This document shows positions 37,301-48,596 of a DNA stretch of 51,082 bases, one piece after another. Position 1 is the stretch's first letter, and every line of letters begins with the position of its first letter. The translations under genes and the position numbers were made by a program. This DNA is from Welwitschia mirabilis (taxonomy: Eukaryota), in assembly GCA_051453625.1 (NCBI GenBank), contig JBOZIK010000001.1, positions 24,815,481-24,866,562 of the forward strand. Direction: 5' to 3'. The notes under the pieces are model-generated. The model had not been told where the DNA came from. It was given only the letters and a program-made list of their open reading frames with translations, and did no database searches.

Positions 37301-40300
37301 TAACATTCCATCATCCCCATGTGAGGATTAATGATATAATGGACTATTGCACAAAAGGAGCTTCCTAAAAGTAGAGGGTATCTACTATTTTCTTCAACCT
37401 CTATGATGACCACATCTATAGGGTACAAAGCTTCTTCAATTTAAATTACTAAATATTTGATTATGGTAGGTTCAATCCTCCCTTTTAATCCAAGATTTTT
37501 ACAAATGTGCAAAGGTATAATATTGACACTTGATCCTATGTCTATTAAAGCTTTCTTTATTTTCTCATTTTCTTCCAAAATAATACCAATATTAGCTACT
37601 CATGGATCTTAAACTTAGAATATTTTTGAGAAACTAAGTTGAAAAGAGATTGTGTAATAAATACTTTATTTGGAATTATTCTTTTTTGTTTTCTTCTTAC
37701 TAAGTCCTTCTAAATTTTATTGTACTTGGGGCTGACTTTAAGGATCTTTTAAGAGGGTTGATTAATAGTAACATCATTCTTAATTTATTTTAAATACTCA
37801 TCATAAGTTGGATTGTTGTTTAACATATCCAACCATGGGGTAGTATTCTCTTATGGATGTTGGTTGTTATTGTTGTTGAATTTAGAGTTGAGAGTAGGAG
37901 GGGAGTTCAGTTGGTTAAGAATTTCAATATCATCTTCTTAAGGTTCTTCCTCATCTTTGTGGATTTGAAATAGTTTGAGTCATAAGTGATCCTTGTGGCC
38001 TTTGATTTTCTAGCATGTTTTGTTGAAGAAGACCAATCAAATTTTCTAAGTTCTTATTTTGATTTTCTAGAATTTCTTTAGTAGTATATTATATCTTTTT
38101 AAGTTCTTCCATTATTTCTCTACAAGAGTCATTTCTGTTATAGTTAGAAAAATTAGGCTGAGAGTTATGATTTCTATATTTGTTATCAAACGAAGGTTGG
38201 AAAGATGTTAAAGATTTATTATTTCTTAGTGGATATTATTGGTTACCTCCGAAGTTGTTTAGCCTTTGATTGAATGCATAAACTTCATTAAATATGGCCT
38301 CTTTATAAGTTGATAAATCTGGGCATTCCTTGGTAGAGTGATAGATTTTATCACATATTTCACAATGGTTGAGCTGATTTAGCAATTTTGCATTAGTTAA
38401 AGCTTTTGTGTAACTCTTCAATATACTATTAAGATCAGTAAGGAGGGCATTAACCTTTGGTTTTTCTTCTTCATGTTGCACTATTTTCAAGTCTCTAAGC
38501 ATTTCACTTATAGTTCTAATATCTTTACATGTAGTTTTCGGCCAAATTTGACTTCTTTCTATAAGGTCTTCTAATAATTTCCAAGCACTATTTAAGGTTT
38601 AATTAAGTAAATCTCCACCACATGAAAAATATACCATTCATGTGGTTTGACTATTCAATCCACTATAGAAGTAATCAATAAGTTCTTATTTTGTAAACTC
38701 ATTCACCAAGTTGAATGACATTGCTACTAAGAATATTTCATATGTTGAAGAATAATCTTCATGAGGGTATTGTTGAAAATTTATTACTTCTTTTTTTCTT
38801 CTCATCATAAATATCTCATTCATGAATCATTTGATAAAAACTACTTGTAATTGATTCCATGACTTAATGCTTCTATGTGAAATGGTTTTAAGCCAATTTT
38901 TTACTTTACCTTTTAAGTAAGTGAAAAGATTATCATGTAGATCCTATCTAAAATTTTATTTTTCCCATTTCCTAAAGTAAGGATGAGTTGTTCAATCTCA
39001 ATTATGTGTTGGAATAAATCTTCATTAGATTCCCCCAGAAAAGGTATGATAGGCATTCAAGTTTTTTAACTCTATGTCATCTTCAAGGGGTAGGTTAAAT
39101 GGGTTTTGAAGTTCCCTCTTTTTTTCAGCTAACATATCCTTTAAAGTGATATTTAAANNNNNNNNNNNNNNNNNNNNNNNNNNNNNNNNNNNNNNNNNNN
39201 NNNNNNNNNNNNNNNNNNNNNNNNNNNNNNNNNNNNNNNNNNNNNNNNNNNNNNNNNAGGAGGTTAATCAAATTTTCTAAGTTTTTATTCTGATTTTCTA
39301 AGATTTCATTGATGGTATCTTGTGTCTTTTTGAGCTTCTCCATCATTTCTCTATAAGAAACATTTTTATTGTAGTTGAAAAAATTTGGGCTAAAAGTTTT
39401 GACCTATATATTTATTATCAAATGAAGAGTGGAAAGATGTTGAAGGTCCATCATTTATTGGTAGATATTATTAATTGTATTTAAATTTGTTTGGCTTTTA
39501 ATTAAATACATAAATATCATTGAATATGGCCTCTCTACAAGTTGATAAAGTTGAATATTCCTTAGTAGAATGATATTTTTCATCATATGTTTCACAATGA
39601 TTGAGTTTATTTAGCAATTTTGCATTAGTTAAATCTTTTGTATAACTCTCTAATGTACTACTAATATCATTAAGTAGGGTTTTAACCTTTGGTTATTCTT
39701 CTTCATATTGTAGTTTTTTTGAGTCTCTAAGGAATTCACCTACAATTCTAGTACCTTTACATGAATTTTTTCATTAATTTTGACTTCTTACTATAAGGTA
39801 TTCTAATAAGTTTCAATAATTATCTAAGGTTACATTGAGTAAATCTCCACCACATGAAAAATATACCATTTGTCTAGTTTGACTATTCAATCCACTATAG
39901 AAGTGATTAATAAGTTCTTATTTTTCAAACTCATTCATTAGGTTGAATGACATGGTAATAAAAAATCTTTTATATGTTGAGGAATAATATTCATGGGGGT
40001 ATTGTTGAAAATTTGTTACTTCTTTTCTTCTTGTCATCATGATCATCTCATTCATGAATCATTTAATAAAGAATTTTTGTACATGATTCCATAACTTAAG
40101 ACTTCTATGTAAAATGGTTTTAAGCTAATTTTTTACTTTTCCTTTTAAGGTAAATGGAAGGATTATGATGTAAGTCCTATTTAAAATTTTATTTTTCCCA
40201 TTTCTTGGAGTAAGGATGAGTTGTTCAATATTGGCTATGTGTTAAAATGGGTCTTCATTAGGTTCTTTAGAAGGGGTAAGATAGGTATTTAAGTCTTTAA

Positions 40301-41172
40301 ATCTACATCATCTCTAGGGGATAGGTGAAATGGGTTTTGATGTTTCCTCTTTTTATTAGCTAACATATTCTTTAAAGTAATATTTAAATTAGAGGATCTT
40401 GATATTTTGAGTGAATATTTATTGGATGCCATAGAGGTAAGAGTATTAGGATGATGAGGCCAAAGAAAAGAGGTAGGACTTTTAGTAGGACTTGGTTAAT
40501 TTTCAGAAATTTTCAAAGACCTAGGAGTATGTGAATAAGAAATAGTAAATGCAGAATAATCCTCTTATTCAATTAAAAAATTATAGTTTTCTTTCTCACC
40601 TTAAGTTTTTGAATTAAAGTACACCAAACCTTCTTTGATTACTTCATTAAGAAAATATTTCTCATGAGTGTATTTGCCTTTGTTTCTATTTACCATTACC
40701 TTATAAGATTAATTTATGTTAAACAAACTTCTTTAAATTCAAAGGTACAAGGAGTAGGATATGCCAAATTAATGTGATAATCACTTAGATCCCACGAAGT
40801 GCAAAGTGAGGCCAAGTTTGTTGCAAGTAATAATCAATGTGGTAATTTTCAAGATCACATGAAGTGTGAGGGATAGACCTAATAAATTGCTGAATTGAAA
40901 TATGAATTCTTCAAATTAAAATTACACTTGAAAGTAAGAAAGAAAGATTTCAATAAGTAGAAAATACAATTTTCAAGAAAAGAAATTAAAGTACACTCCA
41001 AATAAATAATTAAATAATTAGTTGTAAATCAAAAAGTAATTAATAAATTGCAAGTTGATCCAAGAAGATAAAATACAACACTACTCAAATAAATAATTTA
41101 AAATGAATTCAAAATACTTACTTGAGTAATGAAAATCTTCCTTTTGCTCTTGAACCCAGTAATGATGCTAAA

Positions 41173-42237
41173 TGTTGTGATGTGTATTTGTGCTTCTAAT
41201 TTTAATATTCCAAAGATTAAATATAACTTGCAAGATCTAAAAATCTAATAATCTAATTGCATATAATACACATTTATATAGTGGGATCACCCAAATGTTG
41301 TACGCTTAGAGAAGACTTCTAAAAGAGAATATGAAAAATTGATTTCATAAAGAGAAGAATAACTTATAAAGTACCACTTGANNNNNNNNNNNNNNNNNNN
41401 NNNNNNNNNNNNNNNNNNNNNNNNNNNNNNNNNNNNNNNNNNNNNNNNNNNNNNNNNNNNNNNNNNNNNNNNNNNNNNNNNNNNNNNNNNNNNNNNNNNN
41501 NNNNNNNNNNNNNNNNNNNNNNNNNNNNNNNNNNNNNNTTAAGATAATCTATAAGAAAAAATAATAAAACATTTAAAAATATTTCAATTCAATTAATAAT
41601 TTTATTAATGAAATTAAATTACATCCACTTACAAAAACAACTCCTCAAGAAAAGATTCACTGCCTAACACCAAGGTGGTTCTTCTTACAAGTAGGATGGA
41701 TCTCCTTATCCCCAACAATCTCCAATCATCACAAAAATGTAGATAACAAAAGATGATTTAGAATAGGTTATAAAAAGGTCTATTTATAGATTGAGATAAG
41801 TCACTAAGGGGTGTGAAATAAAGAGGTATTGATTAGATTCATCCTTTTATAACAATTTAATTAACTTTATAAATTATATTGATTATCGTCCATCATGTTG
41901 TCCCAACGACATAGAGGACGATACTCCATCTACCAACTAATTCTTGACACATGTCGAATATGCTGATTATCATTCTATTTTTCATCCTCATAACATAGTA
42001 TATGACCATAATTTATGGACTTTCGTTTCCTTTGTCTTCCCCACAACATGGAGGATGACCACAATATATTCATCAAATTGCTTTGGTCCATCATCATTAA
42101 AAAATTATTACATCTTTTGATCTGTATGGAAGATTTGTCTAATTTGCATTAATCCCTGGAGAAACTAGTTAATATGACTTGAAAATGTACTCCACAAGTG
42201 TATTAAATAGGTCAAGTTGGTCTCGCAATAGGTATCA
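41173..42237 (-). repeat. 5' LTR of the Athila-like element
   Basis: On + it starts TGTTG and ends GGTATCA; it is adjacent to the PBS and homologous to 32595-34370. Confidence 0.8.
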
Positions 42238-43099
42238 TATGAAAGTTACCCTTAATAATAAAATACATAACTTAGGATATGATATTGAATTAAAAGTTAA
42301 GTAATTTAGTAAACTTTAAAAAAATAAAAAAACATTTTAATAATATGAAACCTATAAGAGTAAGTCTATGTTAATGTTCTATCTAATTAGAGTTGGATAT
42401 ATAGATGCACAAGTGGACACACACATACAAGTTGAAAAGTGCGTCATGTTCATACTAGCATTTACCAAGGAAGACGTGTGGTCTTTATGTCACCTAAAAT
42501 AAAGAGTGATGGTACCATGTTATGTTTATAAAAGCATGATATATATATATATATATAAAAAATACATATAATGTTGTTAAAGTATCCTATTTAAGGCACT
42601 AATTATTGGCATCATCATGGATTTAAGGTTCTATGATAGGTGATGTATCATTTGATCTTGTATATATAAGTTATTTTATTAATAGTTTTTAACATAGCTT
42701 GGAGAGATATCATCTCCAAGGCATGCCACGAGCATAAAATTAGAAAAAAGATAAGTCATCTCCTATGTGCATAAGTAGTATTATTTAAAAGGAAGTGTTC
42801 TCAAAGTTAATGCTTTATGTTCTTTATGGCCCCTAGTGAAAAATGTAAACTTAATGGTGATGCATTAAAATATGATTAATTCATCTCAAATGATATAAAT
42901 TCTAGACCTAAGTTCCATATCCTGGTAATTTTTAATCTTGTAGTAAAAATACACATTTATAATTATTAAGATAGTTTACCAAGGAATGTTTTATGTCCAT
43001 AATTTTAAAAAGGAGAAATGCTAGTGAATGTTAGTAATTAGGTTAATAAGAATATTTTATTAATTCATTAATAATGATCCTTTGCTAAGGTCATATGCT

Positions 43100-43102
<3 letters not shown>

Positions 43103-43139
<37 letters not shown>
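43103..43139. repeat. (TA)n microsatellite running into a gap
   Basis: Read directly from the sequence. Confidence 0.95.
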
Positions 43140-43849
43140 NNNNNNNNNNNNNNNNNNNNNNNNNNNNNNNNNNNNNNNNNNNNNNNNNNNNNNNNNNNNN
43201 NNNNNNNNNNNNNNNNNNNNNNNNNNNNNNNNNNNNNNNNNNNNNNNNNNNNNNNNNNNNNNNNNNNNNNNNNNNNNNNNNNNNNNNNNNNNNNNNNNNN
43301 NNNNNNNNNNNNNNNNNNNNNNNNNNNNNNNNNNNNNNNNNNNNNNNNNNNNNNNNNNNNNNNNNNNNNNNNNNNNNNNNNNNNNNNNNNNNNNNNNNNN
43401 NNNNNNNNNNNNNNNNNNNNNNNNNNNNNNNNNNNNNNNNNNNNNNNNNNNNNNNNNNNNNNNNNNNNNNNNNNNNNNNNNNNNNNNNNNNNNNNNNNNN
43501 NNNNNNNNNNNNNNNNNNNNNNNNNNNNNNNNNNNNNNNNNNNNNNNNNNNNNNNNNNNNNNNNNNNNNNNNNNNNNNNNNNNNNNNNNNNNNNNNNNNN
43601 NNNNNNNNNNNNNNNNNNNNNNNNNNNNNNNNNNNNNNNNNNNNNNNNNNNNNNNNNNNNNNNNNNNNNNNNNNNNNNNNNNNNNNNNNNNNNNNNNNNN
43701 NNNNNNNNNNNNNNNNNNNNNNNNNNNNNNNNNNNNNNNNNNNNNTTGCTATCTCTACATATCACACAATACCTCATAATGCCATATGGCTAAGCCCACT
43801 TGTACTAATCTTATTTTTACTTTCACTAATAAATAGAATTATAGTTTTA

Positions 43850-44500
43850 TAGGAGTTAATTATAGGCTTGATTTAATGTTCCTGTTGCTTTATTTTATCA
43901 TTAGATGAACCCCTTGCTACTTTTATAATATTGAATTATATCTCCAAACTTTTATTTCTGCAATTGTTAATTTGTAACTAAAGCCTCACATCTTTGGTAT
44001 CAACCATATTTTTCTTGTAAAAAAGTGACATTATTTTACTCTTAATTTAAGTTTGCTACAATACAATCACAAATCTGGAATTATTGCCAGGGGAGCATTT
44101 GGTGTTAAATATTTAGATAAGTTTAACATGTTTTTTTCAAATCCCTTTAGAATTTTCTATAATTCCTAAAATCATTGATACATGTTAGCCCTTACAAGTC
44201 AAGAAGTATAATAAGGATAGAAAGTTATACCTAATGTAAAGATGGTTAGATCTAGAGAAATTTATAGAAAGATTATAGTAAAAACTCTAAGAAAAACTAT
44301 AATTTAAAATGCCAATGGATATAACATTATAGTGATACTTAGTATCCTTTAAGAGAAAATTTAAATAAGTTAAGATCATACACAAGGAACCTTTTTCTTA
44401 AGTTTCCAAAAAATAGACTCTCTTAATATCCCAACTCTAAGGTCTCTCCCTTCTCCATTCTCAACCCCAACTTCCAAATCATTTTCTTCATCTTGCCACT
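43850..44500 (+). mobile_element. Possible Athila-like LTR end / PBS / gag-start fragment
   Basis: TCTGGAATTATTGCCAGGGGA (~44074-44094) resembles the Athila PBS TTTGGCGCCGTTGCCGGGGA. LDLEKFIE-like coding at ~44246-44270 resembles the gag-start DxEIER motif. Confidence 0.35.
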
Positions 44501-44702
44501 TATTCTTATTTATATTAATTTCTTAATCCTCTAAGTTTAGCCCCTTACACTTTTACTAAAAATTAACATATTTATTACATTTTAACTTTTTTTTTTAAAA
44601 TGCACTATATTCCCCTTTTAAATAAAGCATATTATAACTTATTCCTAAATGCATGATAATTTCTACCTAAATAAAGAATATTTGTAACATCCTTGGTGAA
44701 CT

Positions 44703-47700
44703 ATGGAAGGGATTCCATCCATTAGACCTTCACTCTTTGATGGGACAAACTATATCTATTAAAAAATAAGGATGCAAGTGTACTTATAGTATTTTAACTT
44801 TCAAGTCTAACAAAGCATAGAAGACAAATATATAAAGCCCATAGAAACAAGTACACATGCTACAAAAAATGCAATCACTTAGATCAAGCCTAGAAAGGAC
44901 TAACAAGATAAAGACAAGGTAACCTTCATATATGATCCAAAGGTAAGAAATGCTCTTTACTTAGCCTTATCATGAAAGAGTTTAACTAGATATTTAGATG
45001 CAGAACTAAAAAATAGATATGGAAGGTCTTAGAGGAAACATATAAAGGAACCTTAATTATCAAGCAATCAAAGTTCTTATTTTGCATAAATCAATTTGAG
45101 AACTTAAATATAAATAATGAAGAAAGAGTACATGAATACTTTACAATGATTANNNNNNNNNNNNNNNNNNNNNNNNNNNNNNNNNNNNNNNNNNNNNNNN
45201 NNNNNNNNNNNNNNNNNNNNNNNNNNNNNNNNNNNNNNNNNNNNNNNNNNNNNNNNNNNNNNNNNNNNNNNNNNNNNNNNNNNNNNNNNNNNNNNNNNNN
45301 NNNNNNNNNNNNNNNNNNNNNNNNNNNNNNNNNNNNNNNNNNNNNNNNNNNNNNNNNNNNNNNNNNNNNNNNNNNNNNNNNNNNNNNNNNNNNNNNNNNN
45401 NNNNNNNNNNNNNNNNNNNNNNNNNNNNNNNNNNNNNNNNNNNNNNNNNNNNNNNNNNNNNNNNNNNNNNNNNNNNNNNNNNNNNNNNNNNNNNNNNNNN
45501 NNNNNNNNNNNNNNNNNNNNNNNNNNNNNNNNNNNNNNNNNNNNNNNNNNNNNNNNNNNNNNNNNNNNNNNNNNNNNNNNNNNNNNNNNNNNNNNNNNNN
45601 NNNNNNNNNNNNNNNNNNNNNNNNNNNNNNNNNNNNNNNNNNNNNNNNNNNNNNNNNNNNNNNNNNNNNNNNNNNNNNNNNNNNNNNNNNNNNNNNNNNN
45701 NNNNNNNNNNNNNNNNNNNNNNNNNNNNNNNNNNNNNNNNNNNNNNNNNNNNNNNNNNNNNNNNNNNNNNNNNNNNNNNNNNNNNNNNNNNNNNNNNNNN
45801 NNNNNNNNNNNNNNNNNNNNNNNNNNNNNNNNNNNNNNNNNNNNNNNNNNNNTGATTAATAACATTGTAAATGCAATTCGTGGAATTGATGAATATCTTC
45901 TAGAAACTAAAGTAATTCAAAAATTGATGAGATATTTAACTTCAAAATATAAGGAAAAAATAATACTAATAGAATAATCAAGAAATTTTAACACCATAAA
46001 AATTAAAGAATTACAAAGTGCCTTGACATCCTATGAGCTGAACTTAGTCTAAGACTATGTTGTAAAAGAAAAGCCTATTGCACTTAAGGCAAGTGAAATC
46101 TCAAGACAAGAATTAAAGAAAAAGTAAAAGAAGCAGAAGGTATAGATGATTCAAAAGAGGATGTTGGTGAAGAGCTTGCATTAATTATAAGGCGTGTAAA
46201 AATTCTTCTTTTACAAAGAATCCATAAGAGTCCAAAAGTAAGTTTCATTTTAATTCCTCTTTTTCTTCCAAGAATGATGTATCCAAATTATAATGTCAGT
46301 CTATGGAATACAAGGATATATAAACTTAAAGAAGAAATTATTCTTCATAGGTTAAAATGAATATGAATATGCTAAAGAAGTAGATCCTTTAAAATATGAG
46401 AATATCATTTATCTTACATTGTCATCATCCATACCCCCTAGTGACAATGAAGAATTAAATTAGTTTGAAAGTTGTAAAGTAAGAAACTCATTTCAAGGCC
46501 ATTAGATAAACTATTAATAGGCATAAAATGTGTCTTCAAAAATAAAATAGATGAAAATGGAGATGTAATTAAAAACAAAGTAAAATTAGTAACAGAAGAA
46601 TACAAGTAGTAAGAAGAAATCAATTTAAAAGAAACCTTTGCACTGATAGTATGGATGAAATCAATTAAGATTCTTTTAGAATTTGCATGTGTCAAAGGAT
46701 TTAAGCTATATTATATGGATGTCAAGAGTGCATTTTTTAACAAACTTCTATAAGAAGAGCTATATGTTAAACAATCTAAAAGTTTAACTAATTCAAATAA
46801 GTTATATTATGTTTATACATTAAAAAGACTCTATATTGACTTAAGCAATTCCTAGAGCTTGATATGAGATAATTTCAAAACATTTAATAGAAAATGGATT
46901 CAAATGAAATGCAACTAATATTACTTTATTTATCAAAATAAATGGTAATGGGTTTACTATTATGAAAATATATGTATATAGTATTATTTTTTATTCTACT
47001 AAGTAATTATTATTCAAGAAATTTGTAAAGATTATGGAAGACAAATTTGAAATGAATCTCATAGGAGAAATGAACAACTTCCTAGCCTTACATGTATTGC
47101 AACACAAATAAGGTAAATTTGTTTCACAGACTAAATATATCAAAAATCTATTAGCAAAATATGGTTTGTAGGATTACAAAGTGAAACATACTCTAGTGAA
47201 CCAAAGCAAAAAATTAAACAAGGACAAACATGATAAAAAGGTTGAGCAAAAGCTCTAATAAGGTATGATTGACATAATGTTAAGCATAAGATATTGTGCA
47301 TGTTATCAAAGTAATCCAAGAGTGTCATAACTTATTGTCATTAAAATAATATTCCATTATTTAAAAGATATAACTAATTAGAACATTTGGTACTTAAATG
47401 ACTTATGTCTTAACGTATTAGTGTATTGTAATGTAGACTCAACAGGTTGCAAGGATGACAGGAGAAATGCTAGTGGAGGTTTTCACTTATTGGGATAATT
47501 CTTATCATTATGGAGTAGTGAGAAGAAAAAATTAATTACCCTTTTAATTACTAAAACTGAGTACATTACGACTGAAAGCTGTTATGCTCAAGTGCTTTAG
47601 AAGAAGTGAACATTGAAATATTTTAGACTTAAAATGGAGAACATTTCAATCTACTATGGTAATAAAAATACCATCAACATCTCCAAAAATCCTATTAAAC

Positions 47701-48518
47701 ATTCTAAGATGAATCATATTAAAATAAAACACCACTTTCTTATAGAGCATGTGCAAAATAAAGACATCAGCTTGGAATATGTCAGAATGGATTACTAGCT
47801 CTTAGATGTATTCAGAAAATCATTGAGTGAAGAAAGGTTTAATAAGTAATGCCAAAACTTAGAGATTAAACATTGCTCAATTAGGTAATTCTATAACTAA
47901 CCTCCCCCAAATCTTAACTTAGCTTTTTACTTATGATTCTTTTATGAGTTAAGATATTAGATGTAGATCTTTAAAGTTTTATCAAGTAATTCACATTATT
48001 AGTTTTTTGTTTTTGTTACTTTTACATAACATTATCTAATAATGATGTTAATAGTAGAAAATCTGGTAGTTTTAAGGATTTTTAGGAAAGATGTTTAAGC
48101 TATAGAGATCTTACTCAAATATGTCTTTCATGTTATAAATGTCTATTAGAAAGACATCTTTGAATTATAAAAATGTCTTTAGTTGTTAGTTGGAAGTAAA
48201 TCAGAGTAGACATATTTAAAAAGATAGACATCTCATAATTTTCAAATATACATCTTTAAGGTAGTAGAAATATTTGTCACCTCTAGGTAATGATTTAAAT
48301 GTTTGATCAGTAAACATCTATAGAAGCTATAGACATCTATCTTTATCATTTTATATGCATTTCATGGTGTAGATGTCTCTGATATTGTGTATCTATAATT
48401 AAAAAAACATATCAAAACCTAGGATTTAAAGCATGTTTTAGGTAAGAAAGGGATCATAAATCCTCATTTTAACTCCTCCACTTAGTAAGTACCACTCTCA
48501 GTGTGCATTGGATTCCTC

Positions 48519-48596
<78 letters not shown>

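Larger units (their letters stand above)
32595..42237 (-). mobile_element. Athila-like Ty3/Gypsy element(s), internally deleted, with duplicated LTR and gag segments
   Basis: 5' LTR runs 42237-41173 (minus starts TGATACC), with a decayed PBS at 41172-41156 (TTTAGCATCATTACTGGG). Gag occurs twice (40430-39258 and 39157-~38100; CEICDKIYHSTKECP). Protease LIDIGSSVNIIP (~37549-37514) and integrase tail KVNGQRLK (~36621-36598) follow. LTR copies lie at 33467-34370 and 32595-33366. Confidence 0.8.
29731..43831 (+). mobile_element. Degenerate Ty1/Copia LTR retrotransposon interrupted by a nested Gypsy element
   Basis: 5' LTR ~29731-29936 is followed by a tRNA-Met PBS TGGTATCATAGCC (29940-29952). Gag-like FNSNMKEHDQVEK (~30847), a decayed zinc knuckle (~31120-31175) and protease-region RNLLSFGHL (~31320) come next. 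After the nested element: RT-start-like GRRVV...KSDGT (~42468-42516), FTK (~42975), PPT-like AAAAAGGAGAAA, and a related LTR at 43019-43831 sharing GAATGTTAGTAATTAG, CTTTGCTAAGGT and ACTTGTACTA. Confidence 0.55.
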
